From the NCBI GenBank assembly GCA_030704615.1, contig CM060731.1, forward strand, positions 90,334,001-90,398,000: 64,000 nucleotides of DNA. The letters are read 5' to 3'. The position numbers and the translations under genes are program-made. The notes under the pieces are model-generated. The model saw only the letters and a program-made list of their open reading frames with translations, searched no databases and was not told the DNA's origin. This stretch comes from Takakia lepidozioides (lineage: Eukaryota; Plantae; Bryophyta). This document shows positions 11,531-23,100 of the stretch, in pieces. Each line of letters begins with the position of its first letter. Positions within the stretch are counted from its first letter, which is position 1.

Positions 11531-13556
11531 CACATGTCGCTGGGAATTGGCATGAGCGGAAGACAAAATATCATGAGCACAACTCTCAAAACTACAATTT
11601 CCCCTCCAAGGTGCCGAATAATATATTTGTTTTTTCTGACACATTGCATTAAATTAATGTTTTATAATGTTTTTTATTTTCGAAATTTGTACTTCTGTTC
11701 ATGAAAACCGATTGTCTTGCTACTCCGCTCATGCCGCTCATGCTCATGAAATAGCTAACCTCAATGCCGGCAGGGGTACCCCATCAACCTGAAGATAAAA
11801 GTACAACAGTTGGTGAGGCTTGAGATCATGTGCAGCAAGGCATTGTAAAGTGGAGAGTACATACCTGGCAATGGGTTTGCATTAACAGGATATGACATTG
11901 AGTAGGTGTGGGCAGGCTGATTGCAGTGGCACGCTTTGATGTGGTAGATGCGTGGGGTTTCAGGATATATTTGTAAAACACAACACTTTATATCAGTGGG
12001 GGTGGGGGTAGATACAATAGTGGTGGGCAAGTGATCAACATCTGCTACTTGGTAGGGCAACTTCATAGCCTCAAAGGCGTGCTGTTGAGCCCATGTGTGA
12101 GATACAGCAGTAGAAAGTAAAGAGTAAGCACGAACATGTGACAGGGTGTGTGACCAGTAATTAGAGAGACATTGAATGGTCAGAAAAATGGGCAGGGTAT
12201 AGTGAGAAGAATCATTTAGTGAAGGGCAGGGCCAGCAACAAAGAGTATTGAGCCGTATGTCATCTGTTGTGGCAGCATGGTAGGGAGAGCAATTATGGCA
12301 AATGTGGCATGAAGTATGTGTACACGAGAATCGCCAGTGGGTGAACGAGACAGAGAAAGAACCAATCCGGACTTGAAGGGCAACATGTAGATTATCGGTT
12401 TGCAAAAAGAAAGAGGGGGTTGAAGCGCGTAGGTAGTGTCGCATACCGTTCGGTCTTGGAAGAAGGTTGAGGGTAGAGTGGGTATGAGAATGTATCTGTG
12501 CAACCAGGGCCTTAGCTACGCCAGAGGGCGACTTCCGATCGCCAACACGCCACCGTTCACCAAGGTTTGAAGAAGGCCAAAGCAATCGCTGTCTTCCATC
12601 AGCTCGGTCTTTGGCCACCATGCAGAACTGTCTAGATTCATTTCTCTAGGAGCCACCGGCTGTAAGAGTGTGCCCATTCGAATCAAGTCGTCGAAATGCA
12701 GGGTTGGGTTTCGCTCCACTAGATACTGGAGCAGCTTGAGGATGGTTGCGATGCCCAAGACTCCACGGGGGCTCTTGAGGTCGACTATGCGATAGTTGCA
12801 TCTTGCCTGAGCCATGTCGTAGCAGAAGCTGCACACATCACTCGCAAGGGTTGACAAGGGGGGAAGAGATGATAAACCGGGCATTTAAACAGGTCTCGGT
12901 TTTTCCAAATTCGCCAAGCGGGCTTCTTCGGCTCAAGAAGCAGACCAAGGTCGGCGCATGCTGATCATTCGGGGATCTGATACCTGCGAGCTGATGCAGT
13001 GGTAAGGACGAGCATTCGGGTGCTTGGAGAGTGCAGTATTGGGGAGCCAAAGTAAAAAGCTGTTGGTGTGACAGTTCCTCATAGCAGCTTACTATGTTCA
13101 TAGCGGAGACACTGCTTTTGAGCCGAAAAGTGAAAAACTTAATGGAATCAAGCAAAGTAAAGCTTAACAAAAGCGCTAGAGAGAAGCGGTAAAGAGTGTG
13201 GTGGTGTCCACGATCAGCGTGAAAGATTCGCTGCGTAGCAGCGAGATGAACAGAGGTCTTGGCCATGGTGGCGGCCGTAACACACATTATTGCCGCAGTA
13301 CAACCTAACAAGATTTGAACTCCAATCCTCTTGTTTATTGTTCATTGCTCTTAACCACCACACTACCGGCCGCTTTCTACAAAACTTTGCAATAACTAAT
13401 GCTTTATGTGCATATTGTGGGCCCCAGCAGACTAACTTGCCGGCCAGACCCAGCAGCAGATTGGCCGGGTCCGGGTAGAGGCGCTCCCACCCTCCACGAC
13501 CCCCTCTGCCACACGCGCGGGCATTCAAGACCCTAATATTTGTTCAATGAGAAGCA

Positions 13557-14091
13557 TTGTGGGCTGTAGCTCCCAGGTTTTCCTTTTTGAAAGAAAAAAA
13601 AAGAAAAAAATGATAAGGTACTCATATAAAACATTATTTGTGCCACGTGGATCTCAACAACTAGATTTGATTAGGTTGGTTGAATTGGACCCGCTATCCC
13701 AATCTTTAGACACAGGAAATATTGACTAACAATGATGTTGATTTTTGTTTTTATTTTAAAGGGAAAAATGGGGGAGTGACTTTACAAATCAGGCCCCTCA
13801 ATCAGAATGAGAGAGTTTTACCTCTTTCATAATAACCTCGCCATGAGGGCCTGAGCATAATATAAAGCATAAAATTGGAGGGGCACTGCCCAAGGGAATG
13901 GGAAGACGATCGTACCACATGGCACGCCTATCAAGGTAACAAGATTTGACCCCATAATCGATGGGTGACACGTGGTGTACTATCCAATTGAGCTATCAAC
14001 TAATGATGTTGTTGTATTAAAAATAAATAAAAAATCTTTTCTCCTTTTGAAAGAGAAACACCTGGGAGCGACAGCTCACAAATCAGGCCCC
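13557..14091. repeat. AT-rich MITE-like sequence with an imperfect inverted repeat
   Basis: ttgtgggctgtagctcccagg (13557) vs cctgggagcgacagctcacaa (14061-14081); acaaatcaggcccct occurs at about 13785 and 14078. Confidence 0.45.
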
Positions 14092-14095
14092 TTAA

Positions 14096-15015
14096 CCCCT
14101 AAGCGACGAGACCTGTTTTTGGATTTTTGGACAAAACCGGGACCCACCCTCATACGTCAGCCTGTAGCTGCCTACCCCGTTCATCCACCTGGATGAACCA
14201 TACGAAGTCATCCCTACCTATCAGATGCACAAGCACCCCAAATTTGGGGAGATTCCACCCTTTTGTTTGGGAGATTATAACAATTGAACAAGGTGCATTT
14301 TCTGCAAAATGAAAAAAACAAACCGAAACTTCATGTTTGACCAAGCAAAAAATCAATGTTGCAAAATTTTCCTGGAAGAAAAAGTGCCATATTCTAATGT
14401 AGTGCTGCATCCCAAACCCTCACAGCAAATTTCACCCCAATATGCCAAAAATTAAGGGGGTTGCTTTGTATGTGAATGAAATGGGGGTCAAAAGATTGAA
14501 TTTGCAAAGCAAATGGTTCAGGTCCCATTGGGACCCAAAATTTTACTCAAATGTGGATTTCCAACGGTTAGACAGTGCTAGGCCAAAAACTACACTACAT
14601 TGCCCAAGAATTTCCCAAAAACCTCCAAAATTGCATTTGCGATGGAGGATTTTGTGAATTTTCCGGCCTCCTTCAAGTCAGCCAAATGGTTGCTGGATTT
14701 GTACTGAATCCGGCGACGTTGTACTGAATCCCGCCATGAAACCCCACCCGCATGGCATACGGGCCTGCCACGTCGTCGGTCAACCGGTGTGGCCCCCACA
14801 AAAATCTCCCCCCCCCCCCCCCCCCCCAATACTTCAAAAACTTCCTGACGGCGGAGTCTTTATCTGCTTGGGGCGCCATAAAGTCCTACGTGTGCAGGAC
14901 TTCAAGCGCTACATTTTTCATTCAGCCTGTGACTTCATCCGGCGAAGCTGCGGATGGATGAAAAAGCGAGGCGACCCTCCGGCGACCCGATTCGGGTCGC
15001 CTCATTGTTTAGGGG
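14096..15015. mobile_element. Non-autonomous piggyBac-like TIR element with TTAA TSD
   Basis: TTAA at 14092-14095 and 15016-15019. TIRs CCCCTAAGCGACGAGAC vs CCCCTAAACAATGAGGC (13/17). The joined flanks resemble the uninterrupted paralog at about 13790-14000. Confidence 0.65.
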
Positions 15016-15809
15016 TTAATAGTGAGTGAAGAAAATAACCTCTTTCACAGTAACCTCGCCATGAAGGCGTAGAAATGGGATACCACCCGAGGGAAGGGGG
15101 AGAAGAGTATACCAAACTTGTCAAGTAGCAGGAATTGACCCCAAAATCATCTGGGTGGCACTCAGTGCACTAACCAATTGAGCTATTGACGCCAAGTAAT
15201 AGAAGTGCCCGTGGAGTTGAATGCCTTGACACCCCTGTCAGCGCCCTCACCCCCGGCCCACCCGGCCTCGCCGGGGCCATCCCCCTCCGCGGTCGCTCGC
15301 CCCACCGCGGTGAACTTAATAACTACATGAACTACCCCACATGACCGAATGGCCCCCCATGCCTGCCATGCATGCTCATGCCCATGCATACTCTGAATCC
15401 TACTAAAAGCCATACATGACATGCCTGCGAAGACATGCTTAGGGTTTAGGAAAATTTGAATTTCAAATTCCCAAAAAAAAAACGGCAGATGTTCCCGCCG
15501 GCTGTATGTGCATTGATGTCTTGAATTGGAATCTTCCCTCTTACGGTTTAGCATTGCATTGCTCTACCAAACAACATGTACGTTTGTTCTTTCTTCACAG
15601 GCATGTCACTCTCCTCAGACGTTGTTGTTCCTTGCTTGGTCGCACAATTGCGAAGCGCCGTTCAAACCCGTTAGAGGGCTGTTTGGGACTTAGTCGCTTT
15701 TATGGGCTCTGTGGGGTACCCTTTATTTTTGCGCAGATTTACGGATGGTAGACTTAGACCAACAGAGGCCTTAGGGGTGACAGGCACAGGTTTTAGGGGT
15801 GGTAGACAG

Positions 15810-15958
15810 GCTAACACACCCAGTCACAGTCTTACACAGTCGTACACAGCCTATCATAGTCTATCATAGCCATACACAGCCAGTCACAGCCCGACACAGT
15901 CCAACACAGCTAGTCACAGTTACAGCCCGACACAGTTTGGCACAGCCCGTCACAGCGT
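15810..15958 (+). repeat. Degenerate ~10-bp tandem repeat (nnnnnCACAG)
   Basis: cagtcacag / ttacacag / cgtacacag / ccgacacag repeated about 14 times. Confidence 0.7.
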
Positions 15959-16480
15959 ACATAGGAAACGGTTATCATTGGCAGGGAATGACATCTGCAG
16001 AGGGAACGTGTTTATTACTTAGGTGACAATTAGTTAGTTAGGCGGTTAGAACAGCTTGTAGATAAAATAGGCAGAGCAAGCATCATAGATGACACTTCAC
16101 GGAGAGCACTTCTTGGTCATTCACGGAAGGAGATCAGGCGGAGAGCAGGAATGGGAGCAAGGATGGAGAGCACAGTGAAGGAGGAGAGATGATCAGTAGA
16201 TGCTTGTTACATGCAAAGCTGTAGTGATACTGTAGAGCAGATTAGAGACACCATGGCTTCGGCCTGATACCTGATAAATCTTAATCTGATACTTATTCGA
16301 TACAATCACACTGTGTAGAGAGACTTGAGTGAAGCTGTGGAATGAATGGATGAGTGAATGGAACCTGATAGATACTGAAGCAATCTGATGCTTCAGTATA
16401 CACAGTAAGGTAATTTGCTAACATGAAGGCAAGAAGAAATACAAACATGAAGCACAACCATGATTCACTAGCTGTAGGTC

Positions 16481-17176
16481 ATGACTGATTGTTCTGAGCG
16501 GGCTGAGTGCTTAGAGATATCCAACTCTTCTATCTTGGAGTTCCCACCTCGGATAGCGAAGGGATGGGTGAGTAAAAGCCGCTCGACATTTGGCGACCAT
16601 ACTGGGGAACTGGGTCAAGAACAACCAGATGTGACATGCATCTGGTGGGATCATGGTGGTTGGAGAATTAAAGAATTTGATGTGAATCAAATTCCTTGTG
16701 GAACTGAGAAAGAAAGATTGTCCAAGCAATTCTTTCAGAGGTTCTTGGAATTGCCAGACGGTTGTAAAGAAAACATTCTTAAGAGAGTGCATGATGCTGA
16801 TCTTGAGTGGGGTCTGGAGAAAGGAGTGATAAAAATTTATCAAGTGGCCTGTAGAGGGAGAGGAAGTTGGTTACCAACGCTGGTTTATGTGATAGCATTG
16901 CTATCCATCAAACGAGTGGAGTTTGAAGGCTGGGAGGAACCGAAAGTGAATGTTTACACTCATATGCATGAAGAGTTGGTATTGGTAAAGAATTGGATTC
17001 CTAAGGATATCATGTGGATCAAATTGACACCAAGAACAGCTTTTCAGACGTACTTGCCATATGGTTATATGGTAACAGAGACTTCTAGTATAGCCAAGGG
17101 TGCATTGAAACTTGAAAGAAACCCAGGCATATACGAGAGATACTACAGAAGAGAGTTTTGGTTATTGCCTCATTGA
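16481..17176 (+). CDS. Hypothetical 231-aa ORF upstream of gag
   Basis: ATG-initiated, globular-looking composition, colinear with gag; no family recognised. Confidence 0.4.
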   Translation: MTDCSERAECLEISNSSILEFPPRIAKGWVSKSRSTFGDHTGELGQEQPDVTCIWWDHGGWRIKEFDVNQIPCGTEKERLSKQFFQRFLELPDGCKENILKRVHDADLEWGLEKGVIKIYQVACRGRGSWLPTLVYVIALLSIKRVEFEGWEEPKVNVYTHMHEELVLVKNWIPKDIMWIKLTPRTAFQTYLPYGYMVTETSSIAKGALKLERNPGIYERYYRREFWLLPH

Positions 17177-17196
17177 AGATATGAAAGACATGGGAC

Positions 17197-19250
17197 ATGA
17201 GTGATGAAAGAGAAGCTAGACTTCACAAATATTCAGCAAAAAGAGAAAGTTATTTGAAAGATAATTATCCAAATCTTTGGGAGAGAGGAATAGACATAGG
17301 AGAATCATCTGGACCTCTCACACCATTAAGATCAAAGAGTACATCACCCATACCGGAGGAACCAGAGTTGGATGCCACTCCTTCTTATTCTTTACAAGAA
17401 AGATTAAGGGATTTGGTACAGGAAGAAGATCAGCCACGAGGAGAGAGATCTAAGGTATATCCCTGGATTAAAGATTTGACAGAAATCTTTGATCAGAGTT
17501 GGCATGGAACACCAAGAGCAGGAACTCCAGTTTCTGAAGCACAAGACAAAGAAAGAGAGGAGGATGTGGCAGAACCAACGGAGAGTTCAGACTCTCCCAC
17601 ACCACTCCAGTTGAGTTACATGAGTGAGGAAGAAGAAATCCAAGAAAAGAACTTGGAAGATGAAAACAGAGAGAAGAAATTGGAAGATGAAGAGTATGAA
17701 GAAGTAGACCCAACAATTGAGGTTGAGACTACAACCATGACATCCCAACCTAATGGACCTGGATCAAGTGGAGCACTTGAATCACAGGCCAATGAAGGTG
17801 TCGGCTCAGGGGGATCAGGCGAGAAGCTTGGATCTGGCTCTGGGGGGACAGGGAGTGTGGGAAGTAGTGCAACTAGAGGTGTGTGAGTATAGAAGGGCCA
17901 GTAGTAGGGAGTGCTCAGGGGCCAGCACCTGGTGGAAGATCCACCACTACAACAACAGGTCCTCAAGGACCAACACCAACAGGAGGACCAGCACCTGTCA
18001 GTGGGCAGGATGTAGGGCCAGAGATGGCGGTACCTTCAACACGGGCAAAACCACCTTTTCCAATATATGCAGGGAAAGGGGATCCTGATGTACACATTAG
18101 TCAATTTGAGCACATGTGTATTGTGAACAATGAGAATGGCGATGATGCCAAGATGAGACTGTTTCCTTGTTCACTCATCAAGAAAGCAAGTGAATGGTAT
18201 GCAAGATTCCCTGACAATCATTTCCTAACCTGGAATGGCCTTAGTACAGCATTCCGGAACAGGTTCAGGACAAGCAAAACTGAGGATGAAGTGTATGGAA
18301 GTTTACAACAGTTAAAGCAAAAGAAACATGAAACTGTTGAGGAGTACATGGAAAATATGGAGTTGATGATGAAAAAGTTGGCTGCTGTACCAACACCAGG
18401 GTTGCAGAAGACCTGGTTTGTGAGTGGACTAAGACCAGAATTGCAAAAGAAAGTGGATATGCTACCCCATAATACAGTGGAGGAGGCATTTGAAACAGCC
18501 AACAAGATTGAGCAATTGGGAATGCTCAGAAGAGATAAAAGGGATGATGAGGACTCTGAGGATGAGTCAGATGAGGAGGAAGAGCAAGAGCTCAAGAGGA
18601 AGAGTGAGAAGAAGGAAAAGATGAAGAGAGATATCTACGAGAAAAGACTGGAAGAAATCTTGAAGAAGTATGCCACAGAGGCTGCAACACATTGGAGGAA
18701 GGGTGTTTGGTGTGCAAAATGCCAAAATGAAGGCCATACCATGGCTGAATGCCACATGAAGGAGAAACACTGTACTATCTGTAAAATGGATAACCATTCT
18801 ACTGAGAATTGTTATTATAACAGAAGAACAGCTGCAAGAGAACCTAGGCAAGTAAGGGTGCATCAAGTGTAGCCCCAGCCAAGAAGAAATAATGATCAGG
18901 ACCATTATGGAAGGCCTGGTGGTTATAACAATGGTATGGCAGGGAGGGGTAATCCAAGAGGGAATTACCAAGGCAATCCCAGAGGCAACTACCAAGGTAA
19001 TCCAAGGGGGAATTACTAGCCAAGGAATCAGGATTATATAAATAATCTCAGAGCAAACCAAGGGCGAGGACCTAATGGGGAAGAACTGTGTTACTATTGT
19101 AATCAGGCATGGCATCGCAAGGCAGCTTGTCCATTCTGGATCAGACACCAGAATGAGATGAGAGCTCTTGTGAATGAGGGCCCGGTGGTGGCAGCTCACA
19201 TGGTTAGGCCATATTTTGTACCAGAAGTGAGTACAATGATAGTAACCAGA
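17197..19250 (+). pseudogene. gag: Retrotransposon gag with three CCHC zinc knuckles
   Basis: FPIYAGKGDPDVHISQFE..LFPCSL..ASEWY..LKQKKHETVEEY..FVSGLRPEL; knuckles CAKCQNEGHTMAEC, CTICKMDNHSTENC, CYYCNQAWHRKAAC; frameshift near 17885 and stops at 18870 and about 19017. Confidence 0.85.
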
Positions 19251-19379
19251 AGCAAAGCTAAACTAGTACCTCAAGTGGATGAGGGAGAAGATGGTAATGA
19301 GCATGGCAGTGATGTGCCTGAAGATGATGAGGCTTGGAGAGATGAGAAGGAACTACACAGGGAAGTGGCTGCAGAAGAA

Positions 19380-20182
19380 TACTGATATCCCTATGGCAGA
19401 TACTTCTGAATCTGATAGAGAAGATGGAGAGGGTGAAGATGAAGTGAAGAAAGAAGCTGCACAAGTGCAGAGTAATGAAGGGACTTTGGCTGAAGTAATA
19501 TGCCAGACCAAAGCTGAGATTACCATTGGACAGCTATTGGTTGTGGCACCTCATAGTAGGCACAGGCTGTATCAAGCAATTAATCAGATTGCTCATGTGA
19601 CAGAGAACACAGACCTGAACAGCAAGGTGACAAGTTATAATGTGAGGCCTGAAGGGCGAGAAACAGTCATGGACTTTGATGATTCTATGCCAGTAATCCA
19701 ATTGAGAATTGGAAGCACAGACTTAACTGATGTACTGATAGATGGAGGTTTGGGAGTGAATATTATGACAGACCAATTAAGGCAGAAGCTTGGTCTGAGT
19801 AACATGAAACCAGCCCCATTTATAGTAACAATGGCAGATCAAAGGAGTGTACAGCCTTTAGGCTTGATAAGAGGAGTAAAGATACAGATCCAAGAGATGA
19901 TTTTTAAGATCACAGTGACTGTGTTGAAAATGGATGATGTCATGGAAGCTTACTCCTTATTGCTAGGTCGACCATGGCTGAAACAAGCCAGGATATTCCA
20001 TGACTGGAATTCCCAGTTACTGACTGTACATGATGGGAAGCACAAGATACATGTCACCACTAAGAAATCTAGTAGGCTACCTGCTACCAGAGAGTATGAC
20101 TGGAGGGAAGGACTCGATGAGGAACAGGAAGCTACCCTGTTTGCTGCGCACCCAGAGTGGGAGCAGGTTGCAGAAATGCAAC
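19380..20182 (+). pseudogene. Retroviral-type aspartic protease region
   Basis: VLIDGGLGVNIM...MADQ...LLLGRPWL. Confidence 0.8.
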
Positions 20183-23100
20183 TCAATGAAATAAGAGAGC
20201 AAAGGGAGGTGCCTAACAAAATCTGGAGGCAACTTATAATGCGACCACTCACTCGTAAACCGGCGGCTCCTCGACCTCGATCCCAACTTGTTCCTCCCCC
20301 TGCTCCTTCTCGGATTTTTCCTCATCCTCCGAGGATGCCTCTTCCTCTTTGGGCAGACATTCAGCCGCTGCAAGTTCCGAGTTGTGGAGGGCAGTATCTG
20401 GCTCGAAGGCGAACACATGCCTGTCGGACAACGTCCCTGCCCACATTGAAGCACCTGAGGAACAAAGCGGGCGGTTAATAGCTTGCAGCATGCAATTGCA
20501 ATCGGGCCAGGGGACAAACTGAGCACGTGAAGGGTTATCCGTGCCACATGTGAGGTCAAGAATCCGCCCTTGGACATCCGAGCACGTCTCCATGAGGGTT
20601 TGGATGAAAGCAGGGCTCCGGGTCCGGCTATACCGCCACGGTTTGCCTGTCTTTGTGTCCTTCGGCATACTGGAGTGGGGCACATAGTTGTAGAGGACAT
20701 CGTAGGTAACAGGGTCCACAGCGGCATCAACAAGACGACCGTCGTTGCGGAATTTGAATGTAGACCCTCTCTTCACAAAGCAATATGCCTCAAACACCAA
20801 TGTCTGCACATCCAACAAAAGAGGGATCAACTCCGGGATCTAGTTTAGATACACCACAATATGAGGTGAATGCAAGAGATTGATAACTTACACTTTGGCC
20901 CTCTGTTCGCAACCCCTGTGTATTGATGCATAACCATTTTTTGAGGAGGACCGGGGTGACACTTTTCGGTGTCCATCTTGCCACCGCATTCTCTGTGGTC
21001 TTCCCTCTTGTGGCAAGGACAACCACACATCCACCGTCATCCAAGAGCATCCCCGCCAGCCCAAACCTGGCTTTCCAGTAGTCCTCAGTAAACCTGTTCC
21101 AGGTGGGCACCATCCAGGCCCTCCAGCAGCTCCCCATCAAGAATGTCAAGGAGAATCATATCGCAAGCTCTCTCCACCTCAACCCCCCCCCGAGTGCTCT
21201 TGCAATCCGTGCTCACAGCCGTGAAGAATTCCATCATGGCTTCAAAACCAGGGGTGTCTTTAGGCTCTGTACCGGCAGCCCTCTTCTTGGCTTTCCCCTT
21301 CTGCTCCGCCGGAGACTTGCTGTGTGCCACCTTCTTTGCCCTGGCAGCGAGAGCGTCAAGGAAGCTCTCATTGACGCATTGGATGATGGTTGGAGGTTCT
21401 AGCTTTGGCCTGTGCGTAAACGTCACTGCCGAATACCGCCGTGTAGGCTCGCCCTCAAATGCCAACTTCTTGGCAGAGCCAGTCCAACTCCGAACTGACT
21501 TGGGAACCCAGACGACCGGTGACTGGGTAGCAGCAGCAGCTTGAAAAAAGTCGTCGTCCGAGTCACTCCCTTGGGTCCCCTCCTGCGCCTCCTCCGATGC
21601 CCCGATGGTTTTTTGTTTTTTGGGTGTTACTGTACTCACCTGTTTCCTTGTCCTTTTCCTTTGGCCTTTATTCTTCTCATTCAATTTCTCCTGAATTCCT
21701 GCCTGAGCAAGCTCTGCCGCTTTCCTGGAGTTCGCAAGCGCTTTTGCCTCTTTTGGACCAGCGGAGGCAGCGGAGCCCGTTTTCGTCGGGCCTCAGCATC
21801 CAGCTTCAATTGAAACTCGGATGGGTCAAGCGAGCCGGGCGGAAGGTCCACATACCAAGGGCAATCACGCAAATGTTCCAGATGCCACTCCTTCACAATA
21901 ACGTCAGTGTACATGGAGTCAGCCCCAGGGTTCCTCCATGCCAGGAAGAATGGTGGCTCGAAAGACAGATGACCTTTCTCCAAAAGGGAGAACTTGCAGT
22001 ACCTTCATTCATAAAAAACACAGAATGAGGTCCTTGAACTGGAAATTCGGCACCATTTTCCAAGGTTGGGGCGGAATTGACTGGGCCTAGAACTGGAAAA
22101 ATGGCGCCGAATTTCGGTTTTTGGTGCTAGCCACGCTAGGGACAGCCATTTTGGAAGCCCTGAACTGGAAATTCGGCGCCATTTTCCCAGGTCCGGCCCG
22201 AAAATGGCTAAGTCCCAGAACTGATTGGGCCTAGAATTGGAAAAATGGCGCCGAATTTCGGTTTTCGGTGCCAGCCACCCTAGGGACTTAGCCATTTTGG
22301 GAGCCCTGAACTGGAAATTCGGCGCCATTTTTCCAGGTCCGGCCCGAAAATGGCTAAGTCCCTGAACTGACTGGCCCTGGAATTGGAAAAATGGCGCCAA
22401 ATTTCGGTTTTCGGTGCCAGCCACCCTAGGGACTTAGCCATTTTGGGAGCCCTAAACTGGAAATTCGGCGCCATTTTCCCAGGTCCGGCCCGAAAATGGC
22501 TAAGTCCCTGAATTGACTGGCCCTGGAATTGGAAAAATAGCGCCGAATTTCGGTTTCGGTGCCAGCCACCCTAGGAACTTAGCCATTTTGGGAGCCCTGA
22601 ACTGGAAATTCGGCGCCATTTTCCCAGGTCCGGCCCGAAAATGGCTAAGTCCCTGAACTAACTGGCCCTGGAATTGGAAAAATGGCGCCGAATTTTGGTT
22701 TTCAATGCCAGCCACCCTAGGGACTTCGCCATTTTGGGAGCCCTGAACTGGAAATTCGACGCCATTTTCCCAGGTCCGGCCCAAAAATGGCTAAGTCCCA
22801 GAACTGACTGGGCCTTGAACTGGAAAAATGGCGCCGAATTTCGGTTTTCGGTGCCAGCCACTCTAGGGACTTAGCCATTTTGGGAGCCCTGGACTGGAAA
22901 TTCGGTGCCATTTTTCCAAGGACCAATTTTTATGCGCCACATGAGGACTCTAACATCCTGAAATGCAAGGACTTGAAAGGAAGGCATCGCGTATGTACCT
23001 GTACAGAAGGTGCATTGCTGCTTTGTCCGCGTTCGGCTGGTCGGTGAACTCGTGGCTCCGGCGGGCATGGGGTATCTCCCGAAAGAATAGGTCGGTTTTG

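Larger units (their letters stand above)
1..11760. mobile_element. MULE-like DNA transposon, copy A (ParB-MTase cargo gene on -, transposase on +, palindrome arrays); left end outside the window
   Basis: Divergent cargo gene and transposase; the same module recurs at 20183-29980 and in pieces at 31990-45115. The right boundary is approximate and no TIR pair can be verified. Confidence 0.75.
15778..20182 (+). mobile_element. 3'-truncated Ty3/gypsy-type retroelement (upstream ORF, gag, protease); no RT or integrase
   Basis: Gag and protease motifs listed below; it ends abruptly where MULE copy B begins. The 5' limit is tentative. Confidence 0.65.

Noticed and set aside
14806-14827. Long poly-C run
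   Set aside because: Simple homopolymer of uncertain length with no supportable function.
19279-20478. 399-aa protease ORF with a Pro-rich tail as a real fusion protein
   Set aside because: The tail after about 20183 is the antisense strand of MULE copy B read across a truncation junction.
22005-22926. ORFs translated from arrays (MAPNFQ..., MEIRRR..., GNAAPHF...)
   Set aside because: Products of stop-poor tandem repeats in introns or intergenic DNA.
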